From positions 6,138,001-6,202,000 of the forward strand of contig CM120647.1 of NCBI GenBank assembly GCA_051362555.1: a stretch of DNA of 64,000 bases. The letters run 5' to 3'. Position numbers and translations under genes: made by a program. The first letter of the stretch is position 1; each line of letters opens with the position of its first letter. The DNA comes from Lingula anatina (lineage: Eukaryota; Animalia; Brachiopoda). Below are positions 38,348 to 51,692 of the stretch, piece after piece. Below the pieces are notes generated by a model. The model did no database searches, was not told the DNA's origin, and saw only the letters and a list, made by a program, of their open reading frames with translations.

Positions 38348-40776
38348 TTAGTGATACTGGATTTACACCCCATTCTGATTCACGCATCATGCTATCTGGT
38401 TTGGTCCAACCGTTTGGTCCTAAAGTGCAATTAGTGGAATCAGTTTAGTTGTCTGATATACGTCCTCAAGAAGCAAGAGGGTAATTAACCACTGTGTGCT
38501 GATTAAGCTGATTCTACTGAAAACACTTAAGTGAGAACCCCCGAGCAGAGGTGGACCAACCCAGCTAGTATGATCTGTGAGTTTGAATGTGCCCTTATAC
38601 TATGGTTGATGTTGAGAAAAATGACCTAAGTGTGGTGGAACTACCTGGTTACTGTCACACGTATTGTGTTTTTTTTTTTTTTGTTTGTTTTTTTTTTTTT
38701 TTTTTGGGGGGGGGGGCAGTATAACTTTTGCATGTGAGATTGATAATGAAATGAATTAAGCTTTTTTTTTTTTTTTTTTTTTTTTTTGGGGGGGGGGGAG
38801 GGTACAACTTTTGCATGTGACAGACACCTGACCTTCCCCTGAGACACTGACCCTTTTGATAATGCCCCACTGACTAAAAATATAGTTTGTATGTACATAG
38901 AGAAGTAAAATGATATTGGTAGTTGTATTTACGTACAGATTAAGACTTATCTGACTTTAGCAAAGTAATGTACAGAATAATTAAGAACCTGAAGGATGGA
39001 TAGCAGTGTAAGGTGCAAGTACCCCGAGTTCCTAAGGTCATTGGAGACTTGCCTGTCTATCATCAGCATATGACTGGGTTTTCAGTGTCCTTTGAAACAC
39101 GGGGTGATGGAAATACCTGGTGTATATTAAGTAGTCATTGTCAAAATGTACAGTTTAAAATGTGAACATTCTCTAGCTTGTACAGCTTGTATTTTAATAC
39201 AGAATGAAATATAATTATGGCTATTCTAAGTGGTGTTGTTATACATAGAAATTTATGTTGGAGTTGCCTGTAGTTTGTCATCACTAATTTTAAAGAAAAA
39301 TTTAACATGAAATTTTCTCTAGTGAGATGTCACTATTTGAACAAAAACATAATATTGTCTTTTGTGTGAAATCACAAATTTTCTGCTGTTGGTCTACATG
39401 GCATCAGGCTATATGCAATGTTTCATCCATAATCACCAAGAAACAACAAATGCAGTATACGCACCACATAACAGTATTTTATTTTTCAAGCGACCCCAGA
39501 AATATACCATCTATCACAGAAACAGACCCTTCACAGATCAATATATATTTAAAGCAAAAATTGTTTTATATTTCATGATCAAGCTCAGTAAACGGTGGCA
39601 TAATGAAGCAAAACAAATTGAAAACCTAAATATTTTTTAGGCTTCTTTTTTCCTATATAATGAAAATAATAAAGCTTTACTACATGCAGTTATTATAACA
39701 CATCAGTCTAAAATAATATTGCCAATAAAAAGTGGACCAAAAAAATGAAGAACCATTGATCTGTGCACTAAAAAACATAGCTTAAAAACTGGAAAACAAC
39801 TGAGTACTTTTTAACATAAAAGTCAGCTTAAAATAACTGTAAAGCTTTAACTTTATAATTTGGAGAAAGCCTTTTAAAATGGATGTGAAAAACAAAATGT
39901 GCTGGGTGTGAAAATCACTAAATTGCTAATTGTGCTTGTTGTGACCATTAAAGCTGATACAGCATTTATCAATACAGAGTGCACATACGCAGTTATGTAA
40001 AAAGGCAAGAAAACGCAAAGAAAATGCTTTGAAAACAGTGCTTTGGTAATTATGCAATCTTTTCAATGGGCAAAAATGATCAAACTTTCAGATACATAAA
40101 TTTTATAATCACAGAAATTAAATTTGTATGGCATTTTTGGTGTCTTTACTGCATAGAATAGTACTATATAGTGGCCTGCTTTTTAATTTTGTTGCAACCA
40201 CTCAATAGGAATGTTCTAAGTTTAACAAATGAAGACTTAAAAAATACAGTGACTTAAAAAATATAGTATCTGTAAAATTTACAATTTTCCCACCCATTGA
40301 AAAGACCCGAGTCATTACCATTCTTCAGTTATAAAAACTAATAAATGGTTTAAAAATATACTAAATATTTGGCTCACAAGGTACCGATTCCATATCCAAC
40401 TCTAGTTTCTGGCAATCTGGCCAAAAATGAACAACAGATCAATTGTTTGCATTATTACATTATAGATTGAAAACATTCCGACCCTTCACCAAAGAACCCT
40501 GATCACACAGTGTAATGAGTGATGCTGTTCTTAATTGCGATATCCAGACCACACCTGATGTCATGTGACAAAGCGCTCCAACACAACTACTTGTCAGTTA
40601 TCAGGTTTCATGAGCAAAACAGAAGAAAATGTTTACCCTCTTTAGAAAATAGTTTTCACTTGTTATAACCACAATAATACAATGAAAATCCTATTTCACC
40701 CTATGTCAAATCAACACAAGCTTTCCAAATATAATCAGTAAGTTTTCCTTTTTGATGTAAGCGAACATTCTTTAAA

Positions 40777-41142
40777 AGGGATAATAACTCTTCGTTTTGG
40801 CCAAAAAATGAATTTTCCTTGAGTAAACAACAATTTTCCCGTACTTACCAATGGTTAATGAATCCATTTTTACATTCAAAGTGAGTCCCTGTTTTTTTTT
40901 TTTTTTTTGTTTTGTTTTTCTAAAATGTTTGTTTTTATGTTAAAATCTCTTAAGAGATTATAACAGAGTATAGCCATCAATGGAGGTCACGTGGTCTAAA
41001 GACAAGCTCAGATATCAGAATAATAGCTATATTTGCCGTTTTTGTGGTAAAACAAATATATTATATTTCTATGAGTTCACAATGTTTTTATTGTGAAATA
41101 TAGATCTCATACGTAGATCTCATACGAAGAGTTATTATCCCT
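40777..41142. mobile_element. Kolobok-like MITE (second copy at 14176-14465)
   Basis: TIR agggataataactcttcgt / acgaagagttattatccct with TTAA-like flanks; body homologous to 14176-14465. Confidence 0.7.
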
Positions 41143-42200
41143 TTAAATAAACTTCTAAAATAGCACTTAAAGCAATGACAGTGATTTAAATTGAATATCA
41201 TTTCACCAACAAACTCCTCTAAAGCTCCAAAACTCATACTTTATCTTTTACTTAAAGCTTTATCATAATCCACTTAACAAAATTTGATCCTTTGTATTAA
41301 ATAATAAAAAAAAATTGCTGTTACCTTTTTTGTTTGTGACTACCATGAACAAAACGTAAAAGTAATTCAGAAATGAGAAATGTAAAGAGCCACTCAAAAA
41401 AGCAACTGGCTCATAATAATATTCTTACTTTTTAAGTAAATAAAAATTATACACGTTAATCTAAAAATTGAAGGTTTGACTATTTACCTATAATAAAGTT
41501 ATTTTACTCTAGGTTAGTACATAAGCAAAATCTAAAGCAATTTGATCTATAATTGTATCTATGCTAGAACAAATACATATACTAATAAAAGTATGCAGGA
41601 CTGTGTCATTTTTTCAAATGGCTGTAAAACATAAAAGGTGTTTTGATGAAGTGGCTTCTAGCCATTTTGTGCCCATAAGAACCAACCCTGAACGCAGGGT
41701 GGCTACATGGTCCTCATCATTTCTAAAGGTCAACCAAGGACATCTCACCATACTTGCAAAACGGCTGCCCATCCCTCATATTGCAAATAGTTCATTTTTC
41801 TGCAAATTTTAACCTTTTAATCTTCATTGCCAAGGTGTACCATATTCAAATCCATTGAAGAAAATGACATTTTTAGCTTATTTTTTTGTTCTACATTTCT
41901 CATTTTGGGTCATTCCCATATGTGGGACAGATTGATGTTTTTTACTTGCAATGATTAGTTGCATTAGAAAGTAAGAGCAGGAAAACTTGTACATTACAAA
42001 TTTGTTTTTGGATGGATGGATAAAAAGAAAAATTAATTCAATTTCCATATTTTTCATTTTTATCTACTTATCTACTTTATCTATTTATTTTTTTCATTCC
42101 ATTCTTTTCTTTTTTTTTTTTTTAATGTTTGAAGATCTGCACTATCCCACATTGTACGTCTGCAATGAGTACAATGCTTGATCCATATGTGTGAAACTCA

Positions 42201-44591
42201 CTAAGGTACCCCAACTTTTTCCCTGTGGTTCTTCATCGCCTGGGCGTGCCAGTCCAGCTGTGCCAACAGCCGCAGTGCCCCCTTACGCATGTGTTCATTC
42301 TGTGGTTCTCCCTCTGGGCTGATGGCTTCCATGACTTGGGGGATACCGAAGATATTCGAGACACTCAAGCAGCCAAGCTCTCCCAGAAAACTACGTAGTT
42401 GCATGGCAGCTCTCATTCCACCGTACTGACCTAGTTATTAAAAATAATATATATTAATAAATAAAGGAATAAATATTTTCAATTCATATCATAATGCTAT
42501 TAAATCATTTCTGTCTTGCACTGGTCCATTACTCACATTTAGAGTAATAACTTAATACAGTCAAACATGACATGGTAAATTTACCCATGAAAAATTATGG
42601 ATAAGTAACAACCAAATTTGTTGATTCAAAAGTTCTGAACAAGCACAATCACATCTGGTACAGTTCTCAACTGACACAATCACATCTGGCTCAGTTCTCA
42701 ACTGACACAATCACATCTGGTACAGTTCTAAACCAGCACAATCATAACCAGTACAGTTCTCAACTAACACAATAACCTCTTACCTGGTGAATAACACACA
42801 ATTCCACTAGGCTTATAAGAGTACCCTGATGACCCAAAATGGTCCATCATATTGGACAAAGCTGGCGGGATGCTGTGGTTGTATTCGGCTGTTACAACTA
42901 CAAAGGCATCAGCAGCTTGGATCTTAGCGTTGCAGTCCTGTAAAAACTGGGGCGCCTTTGACTTGTCTTGGTAATGGTGGAGCGGCTTCTTCAACATTGG
43001 AAACTCCGTTTTCATTGGATCTGGGAGGCAGAGGAAATTTGATATTATTTTTTAATTGTAAAAAAAAAAAAAAAACAGAAGAAAATTAAAATTCTTTAGC
43101 ATTGGAAACTCTGCCTTGGCTGGATTTAGGAAGGAAAGATTAATGTTGATGAGGTATGCATACAGCATACTTTCCATGCAGTTACAGAAAAAATGTATAT
43201 CAATTTCTTCACCATTCAAAACCATGTCTTTACTGGATTTCTGGAAAAAAACAATGTTACAGAAACAGGCATACTGTATCACTATTTTTCCATTGCACAA
43301 AACAAAAAAATACAGAAAAAAATTATGGAAGAAAATTAATGTCACTGAGGAACCATTATTACACAGGATGTGAGGCATCTTTAATCATATTGTTACAAAG
43401 AAAGAGGTTATATTTTATCTGCATTAGCCTGTATGTGGAAAATATTACAGACAGACAGTTTTGCTGGGAAAAGATGAATTATTACAGTAATTATTTCTCC
43501 TATTATTTCATTGTACCAGAGATTTATTGCGTCATTATATGCAGATAACAATTTTTATATAAAAACAACAAAACCATGGTAACAGAAACAGACTCATAAC
43601 AAATGCCTTTAAGCATTGATATGTTCTAACACTTTTATCACATGATTGAAAGCATATATATTTAGTTTCTTCATAAAGCTTTGGCTAAATAAATCTTATC
43701 TTCTGACCATGTGTACTTAGAGTTGCCACTGTTAGCCAACTTATCATTTCTGTCAGATCTAATGCATTATTTTAGTCATTTTGCAAGTCTGCTCACTAGG
43801 TATGAGTGAGTCAGCATTTGTTGTTTTGTTACATGATTGATGTGTTGCAGCACTTGCCGTCTGGCTGAAAACATAAATTGCATGGCCTAATTCTTGACTA
43901 TATATAAAATTAACAATAGTAACCATTCTGTTATATCTATAATTTTTATTAAGCCTTTGCAATAGAATGTCTGTGTTTTGGTTGAGGTGCAGTAACATAG
44001 CTAGGTGTATTATGACTTTTTGTTTACTAATTTAAAAAAGGCAATATCTATTATATCTATGCAATTTTAAATTCACTGATGCAAAAAGATATTTATCCTT
44101 ATGGCAGGAGCTGTTTTCTTAAAATGAAAACCTTACAGCAATCCTGAAGAATGTATATGAACATTAACATGTGTAATGGTTTAGAGTGCATACCCTGACA
44201 ACTGAAGTAATCAATTGAATAAATCAATTGTGCAAGTCATGACTCAAGGTGAAACGTGCACTTCAAATTACCGTACCTGCACACATAATTTACCTTAGCT
44301 GTTTTCTAGCAATCAAAATTAATGATTTAACTCATGCCGATGCAGTGAATATTTCCCAAATTTATAATATTTTTAAATTCAATCTAAAAATCTTACAAAA
44401 AAAAACACCGAAAAAATTAACACTGACAATGATGTGCGCGCAAAGGTAAACAAAGACATTTTACCCATAATTTCGACCTCATGGTTAGTTTCCACAAGTA
44501 TATTCTTCATGAACGTTGCGACCCGTTCCCCCAGACGGTTGTCACGGACGCTTCCGAGGAAAAGCACCACTTTTAACTTGTTGCCAGCCAT
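42201..44591 (-). CDS. NAD(P)H-dependent FMN reductase / quinone reductase (flavodoxin-like FMN_red family), paralog A, 197 aa
   Basis: Exons 44591-44465 ([24 protein letters not shown]), 43020-42784 ([25 protein letters not shown]...[11 protein letters not shown]) and 42430-42201 ([13 protein letters not shown]); phase-1 GT-AG introns; GSxR and EYNxSxPPALxN family motifs. Confidence 0.93.
42643..42773. repeat. 31-bp minisatellite x4 in reductase A intron 2
   Basis: acacaatcacatctggtacagttctcaactg units. Confidence 0.85.
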
Positions 44592-45415
44592 CAGACAGGT
44601 CAGAGAATGCGGTGCGGCAGCCGATAAACACGATGTTTTCACTCACCTCGTCAATACTAGGTCAAGCAAGACGAGACGAATCGGTCACCTAGTCAGCACC
44701 AATCGGCAATCCTCGGCTGACTCCGCCAGGCTCCACACCAATCGAGTGAGTCAGTCCTGAAGAAGATTATTTTTCTTTTGTTCCGACTGGACGTTACAAA
44801 TATGGTCTATGGCCCTTTTCACATAAAGTGGTATACTTTAGTGGCACAGTTCGTACCGGTATACTTCTTGAAAGGATTATTTGAAGGCAGGGTCCGCGGA
44901 TGCGAAGCCGACAAACCCCCCCCCCCACCCGTGCTGTATTTGTACTATTATATAATTAAAAAATACAAAACAAAACGTACCAAGTGAACACCAAAATTCC
45001 TTTTGTTTAATCTCTCTTGTCCTTTTTTCTTCTTTTTTATCATAACCGTAAAATAATAAATTTGTTCCATTAATGTCCAACATTACAGAAACATTTTGTC
45101 TTACTATGGCCCCATTCAGAATAGGGGACTAACTAGCTCCGAGGATTATCCTGCAGCGATGGCGCATGTGGAGGCGGGAAGACCAATAGGGAATTTCAGC
45201 ATCGCTTTTTTAAAAGTGGGGTTGGCCATATTTAGTCGACGGATCGATCGATCATATGTTCTGAATGCGCTCACAGAGGCAAGCTTACGATATTCTGGAG
45301 CTCACGTTTAATACAGTTAACCCCGAGTTTCAAAGTTTGGAAGAAAACTTGAAACCCCACAGGCATCCTGATAATAGAAGAGTTTTGACCGACCTGTGTT
45401 TCTCAGGGTGTTACT

Positions 45416-46365
45416 CATGGGCGTAACTAGGCATACGCACGGATGCACTGTGCGTACAATTTTTTGGCCAACCATGATATTATTTTATATAAATTTAGTA
45501 TATTTTTCACGGAATATAAAAGAAAATCCTCTGCTTATTAAAGTCACCTGTATGTACAAATCCTCTGTATCAATTGTATAAGCACAATTAATTGTTCTGA
45601 CTCCCCCTCCCGTCTTGCAAACTGAGGTAAACAATGCCTGTAACCTTAACAAGTCCTATCGTAATCGTCCATCTAACTGAAACTTCCTTTACCTCTTAAT
45701 TGGAGGGTTCAGTGGCCCTCAACTCTTCTGTACCCTCTTTCTTAAGAATATCTGGCGATATTTATCTCAGGTAAAAATCTGCCCGAGTGTTATTTTCAAA
45801 GAGCAGCTCCCGCAACCCTGGGGGCACTAGATAAAATCTGGACACCACCAGGTTTAAGAAGGAGCTAGAGAAACAAAGGAAGAATTTTTCCTGCAAAGCT
45901 TCAAAGAATTTTGACACGGACTTGACCCAGCTTACCCCTCCAAACTAACAGGGTGACATGGGCAATTTTTACAAACAAATAATTAAACTTAGATGTATCA
46001 GAGCTCTGTCGTGTCGTACAATTGGTTGTTTTTGGGAGCCATGCATCCACATGTAAGGTGAATGAAACCGTATGTTAGTTCAACTCAGAGGTGGATCCAG
46101 GATTATTCAAAGGGGGTTCCACATATGCGAAGCTAGCCTCCTTTTAAATAAATATACCGTTCTGGGTAATAAGAATATTGAAACTTTTGTAATTGCGAGA
46201 ATATTTCTGACTAAATGACGATTTTATTATTAATGGAAATTAAGCTGCGATGTGTGGTACATATGCTGTAATTACGCTGTCCTTCATCTCTTGCGTTAGT
46301 CTACATTTTGCTGGGAATTTTAAAAATCTGTGCGTACAATTTTTAAAGGTCTGGTTACGCCCCTG
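45416..46365. mobile_element. 950-bp non-autonomous DNA transposon
   Basis: catgggcgtaac.../...gttacgcccctg ends, subterminal ctgtgcgtacaatttt at both ends, TSD ttact; nested in an older element (cagttaaccccgagtttca / tgaaactctgggtgattg). Confidence 0.7.
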
Positions 46366-46537
46366 TTACTTAAACTTATACAGAATAAAAGTCTCTAGTT
46401 GTCTGTGAAACTCTGGGTGATTGAAATGCACTTCTCATGTTCAATGCCCATAACATTATTACTCTTCATTGTTAACATTTCATTAATTTCTTAACAAACC
46501 CTGTAAAATATATACAGCTATAACTATCGGTAATCTC

Positions 46538-46736
46538 TTATTACCTCCGCCAAGGAGGTCAATTATGTTTTTGGTTCCGTTAGTTTGTCTGTCTGTCTGT
46601 CTGTCATAAACATAACTCAAAAAGATATATGGGCCGATTTTGAATATATTTTATGGAACTGTCAAAAGTGGGTCAAGGAACAAATGATTAGTTTTTGGTG
46701 GTGATCCGGATCATTAATCAATCAATAATCAAAAAT

Positions 46737-46783
<47 letters not shown>

Positions 46784-46880
46784 AAATCATTATAAAATGA
46801 AAATTTAGAGGTGAAACGGCATTGGGTGGAAACTTTGCTGCCTTGGCGGAGGTCTGCGCTCTCGGAGTGCTTTTCTAGTT
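46538..46880 (+). mobile_element. short HINE/DINE-like element
   Basis: ttattacctccgccaaggagg start, (gtct)n, subTIR ccttggcggaggt at 46841-46853, hairpin gcgctc-tcg-gagtgc, ctagtt end. Confidence 0.8.
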
Positions 46881-47148
46881 AGGCTACTGTAGGCCCAAGT
46901 CATATCATTGTCTAGAGGTACTTTTATTACTTATTTCTTTATTTGGGATATCTATAAACATGGACGCTCGAGTATCGCAGATCATCTTTTTCACTTGAAA
47001 AAAAAAATTTTCTCTAGATTATTCTTGGTGAATTTTTTTAATGTTAAATGGACCTATAATCCGAGAAACAGTGGGTGTTCTCGTGGCAGGCGAAGCAAAT
47101 CCCCGAGCTCGATTTTCAAGCAGGGTCGAGTCAAAGACCACCTCACTG

Positions 47149-47187
<39 letters not shown>

Positions 47188-47271
47188 TGGAGCTGTTGTG
47201 TGCCTGGCCATGAAAACATTGATAATAAGCAATTGACTTTTTAACATGTAAGCTCTAGTGTTCGACAACTT

Positions 47272-47547
47272 CAGGCCTACCCAACTACCAGACTCGGCAC
47301 ATAAGGATCCTGAATTAACCGGTATACCGGACCACAATACCCCTTTTCAAGGTGTGTGTCAGTTCGCATTTCGGAGTATCAGTCAGAACACCGACAAGAT
47401 GAGCCCGCGGTCGTCCTGCAAAATTTATTCTGGGGTACGATACTCCGAAATGCGATCTGACACATACCTTGAAAACGGGTAGTGTGGTCCGAAATACCGG
47501 TTAATTCAGGATCCTTATGTGCCGAGTCTTGTAGTTGGGTAGGCCTG
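47272..47547. mobile_element. palindromic MITE family M2, copy 2
   Basis: Same TIRs as the 21904 copy; TSD aactt. Confidence 0.85.
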
Positions 47548-47757
47548 AACTTAGGTAGTGTGATCGCCAGGGAGATGTGAAAGATGCCAGTAACCACTCA
47601 GACTTATAACAATGTTAAAACGTGTATTAGTGCAGTTTTCAACTGAGATTTAAGGGGATAAAGTAAACGTATAAATGAAAAATATTTAATTTTAATTTTT
47701 ATATTAATGTCTTTTTTTCGTCTTTTCCTCTAGCCATGCTACTGACATCATAGTACT

Positions 47758-48037
47758 CAGGGCCGGATCCAGGATTATTTGAAGGAGGGGGCGGGGTCCG
47801 CTGATGCAAAGCCGACCCCCCCCCCCCCCCTTCCCCGTTGGCGTGGGGCTCAAGGCCCCGAAAATTTTTGAGATTTTAGAGGGCGAACGGTGCCATTTGG
47901 TACGGTTTAGTAGGCCTACTATAAAAGAGAAGAATATTAGTGTGTGTGTGTGTGTGTGTGTGTTTTTTTTTTCAGAAGCCGAAATGGGAGGGGGGGAGGA
48001 TCAGGACCCCCCTGACCCCCCTCTAAGTCTGCCACTG
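47758..48037. mobile_element. MITE with CAG..CTG ends
   Basis: cagggccggatccagg...taagtctgccactg; TSD gtact. Confidence 0.7.
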
Positions 48038-48724
48038 GTACTTATAACCCTAAAGTCGTGAAGGGAGCTCGAGGCGTCTGTTGTTAATTATTACCTATAT
48101 CAATAGACGCTCTATATGTAAAAAATATTCATTGTTGCTACTGCCTGGCCTGGAATGCATATAAGTAAATGAAGTTTCGTAAAATCACAATAACTTGTTT
48201 TTCATTTCTCAGAATAACAACTCAGTTGATTACAAATGCATTTCAGAGTACTGAGGTGGCTGTACATGCAAAGTCCAGCAGTGTACTTACAATTCACTAC
48301 AATCAAAACAATCATGTTCCCTCAGGCTGCCTCGAAAATGCAGTCACCCTACGCCCAATTATATTATCCACATGGATCAACTTTGAATACGCACGTACTA
48401 TAATGGCCTGCGAGAAGTTCACGTCTACCTGTACCAGTTCAACGGACATCGTGGACACTATAATTTTAGGGAGAAGGTATGTTGTTTAAAAATTGTCATC
48501 AAATTTGCCTGTACATTTCGAAGTCACTACTAAGTGCCTATTACTCTTATTATAAAATAAAATGATCAAAAGAATAATCAAAATAAAAAATAGTTAATAA
48601 AATGTATATGTTAATAAAATATTATAATGAATTATGTACATCACTATCAAATGCCACCCCCTATGAACAAGTTGACCATTGGTGACAACTGGAACGGCAC
48701 CATGTGACTATATATCACTGAAGG

Positions 48725-48760
48725 TATAAAGGCGCGGAATTTTGAAATTTCGTTCATTCA
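48725..48760 (+). promoter_or_regulatory. TATA box plus initiator core promoter
   Basis: TATAAAGG at 48725 and Inr TCATTC with A at 48756, i.e. canonical -31 spacing. Confidence 0.6.
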
Positions 48761-49099
48761 ACGCACACAGATCAGGAAGAACAAGAAGGATGCCATGGAC
48801 TGCGCCCCGTATCACGCACAAAGGACACAGGATTCTACTCACATTTCTCCGAATCTTTTCCTCATCCCAAGTCAACGCATCGTTCATCGACGTATTGTTT
48901 CTTGCACACGCAGTCGTCTGGACGGTGGATTCGACGTTTCTCTAAGCTGGCCAGCTAAAACCTTCGCTTCTCTCCACGAGGAATCGTCGCTCAGGAATCT
49001 TCGCAGGATACATCATCGGCTTTCTGCTGTTGTGGGTTGTATTATTGTAGTGTCATTGCATATATTTTCATGGTTTCTTCTATTACAGGTCCAGGAGGC

Positions 49100-51320
49100 A
49101 GACTGCTGAGTGCTGACATAGGTAGGAAAAGTCATTAATCCGTTTTTCTTTCTTTTAACAGAACTCCATTATGGCGATTCTCGATAGAGTTCCCACTGAC
49201 AACTGCAAGGAGAAAAGGGCCCACATCTACACTTCAGCTATTTCGACCAATCCTTGATGCCGGCGAGTCCCGCCATGGTCTGTCTACGAGGTGGCTGCAT
49301 TGGGGAAGCGTCCAGCAAGTCCTGTCATGGTCTGTCTACGAGGTGGCTGCACTGAGGAAGCGTCCAGGGCATATGGTTTTTCAATGAGATGGAAACCCCT
49401 TAAAGGTAAGCCTGTCTACAGAGTGCTGACATAGGTAAAAAAAGTCATTAATCTGTTTTTCTTTCTTTTAACAGAAATCCATTATGGCGATTCTCCAAAG
49501 AGCTCCCACTGACAACTGCAAGGAGAAGAGGGCCACATCTACACTTAGCTACTTCGACCAATCCTTAGTGCCAGCGAGTCCCACCATGGTCTGTCTACGG
49601 GGTGGCTGCAGTGGAGAAGCGTCCAAGGCATATGGTTTTTCAATGAGATGGAAACTCCTTAAAGGTAAGCCCGACTGCAGAGTGCTGACATACTTATAAA
49701 AAGTCATTAATCTCCTTTTCTTTCTTTTAACAGAACTCCATTATGGCGATTCTCCAAAGAGCTCCCACTGACAACTGCAAGGAGAAGAGGGCCACATCTA
49801 CACTTAGCTACTTCGACCAACCCTTGGTGCCATCGAGTCCTGTCATGGTCTGTCTACGAGATGGCTGCATTGGAGAAGCGTCCAGTGAGTCCCATCATGG
49901 TCTGTCTACAAGGTGGCTGCATTGAGGAAGCATCCAGGGAGTCCTGCCATGGTCTGTCTACGAGGTGGCTGCATTGGGGAATCGTCCAGCGAGTCCCATT
50001 ACGGTCTGTCTACAAGATGACTGCAGTGGAGAAGTGTCCAAGGCATATGGTGTTTCAATGAGGTTGAAACCCCTTAAAGGTAAGCCTGACTGCAGAGTGC
50101 TGACATACTTATAAAAAGTCATTAATCTCCTTTTCTTTCTTTTGACAGAACTCCATTATGGCGATTCTCCAAAGAACTCCCACTGACAACTGCAAGGAGA
50201 AGAGGGCCACATCTACACTTAGCTACTTCAACCAATCCTTGGTGCCAGCAAGTCCTGCCATGGTCTGTCTACAAGATGGCTGCAGTGAAGAAGCGTCCAA
50301 GGCGTATGGTGCTTCAATGAGGTGGAAACCCCTTAAAGGTAAGCCTGACTGCAGAGTGCTGACATACTTATAAAAAGTCATTAATCTCCTTTTCATTCTT
50401 TTGACAGAACTCCATTATGGCGATTCTCCAAAGAACTCCCACTGACAACTGCAAGGAGAAGAGGGCCACATCTACACTTAGCTACTTCAACCAATCGTTG
50501 GTGCCAGTGAGTCCTGCCATGGTCTGTCTAGGAGAAGCGTCCAAGGCATATGGTGTTTCAATGAGGTTGAAACCCCTTAAAGGTAAGCCTGACTGCAGAG
50601 TGTAGGCATAGGTAGAAAAAGTCATTAATCTCCTTTTCTTTCTTTTAACAGAACTCCATTATGGCGATTCTCCAAAGAGCTCCCACTGACAACTGCAAGG
50701 AGAAGAGGGCCACATCGACACTTAGCTACTTTGACCAATCCTTGGTGCGTGCCAGCGAGTCCTGCCATGGTCTGTCTACGAGGTGGCTGCAGTGGAGAAG
50801 CGTTCAAGGCATATGGTGTTTCAATGAGGTTGAAACCCCTTAAAGGTAAGCCTGACCGCGGAGTGCTGACATACTTATAAAAAGTCATTAATCTCCTTTT
50901 CTTTCTTTTAACAGAACTCCATTATGGCGATTCTCCAAAGAGCTCCCACTGACAACTGCAAGGAAAAGAGGGCCACATCTACATTTAGCTACTTCGACCA
51001 ACCCTTGGTGCCATCGAGTCCTGTCATGGTCTGTCTACGAGATGGCTGCATTGGAGAAGCTTCCAGTGAGTCCCATCATGGTCTGTCTACAAGGTGGCGG
51101 CATTGAGGAAGCGTCCAGCGAGTCCTGTCATGGTCCGTCTACGAGGTGGCGTCATTGGGGAATCGTCCAGCGAGTCCTGCCATGGTCTGTCTACGAGGTG
51201 GCGTCATTTGGGCAGCGTCCAGCGAGTCCTGCCATGGTCTGTCTACGAGTCGGCTGCAGTGGAGAAGTGTCCAAGGCATATGGAGTTTCCCTGAGATGGA
51301 AAACGTTTAAAGGTAACCCG
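49100..51320 (+). repeat. tandem array of 7 exon+intron units (basic unit 259 bp = 190-nt exon + 69-nt intron) with an internal 52-bp subrepeat in 1-5 copies
   Basis: Exon-like parts at 49162-49405, 49475-49664, 49734-50079, 50149-50338, 50408-50582, 50652-50845 and 50915-51312, each flanked by a pyrimidine tract + acag| and AAAG|gtaa. Confidence 0.9.
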
Positions 51321-51692
51321 TGTTACTGGGGAGAGAAATGCACTAAATGATTTTTTTTTCAGTTGCATTCTTTGCCATACCTTACTGGCCATTCGGATCT
51401 CAACCTTCTTAAAATTTATTGCTTTGATTCAGGATTCACCGATCTGAATAAAAAATTCAATACAACTTGACTGGATTGCTTTAAAACATTATTATTAACA
51501 AGACCTTGACATTTTTAGAATCATGATGTAACAGTAACATTAAAAATTAAATCATATCAAAAGCGTTTTTGAAAACCAAATAATAATTAGTATGTCAGTC
51601 ATTTATTACACAGAAAATATTAGAAATATTGATACAACAAAGGATTGGTAATTCAAACAGTCTAAAATAATTGGGAAATGTTACCGTTTTAG

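Noticed and set aside
44434-44760. Plus-strand ORFs antisense to reductase exons (also 58228-58476)
   Set aside because: Shadow frames of real minus-strand exons.
49665-49733. 69-nt repeated introns as mirtrons or snoRNA hosts
   Set aside because: No end-to-end hairpin and no properly placed C/D or H/ACA boxes visible.
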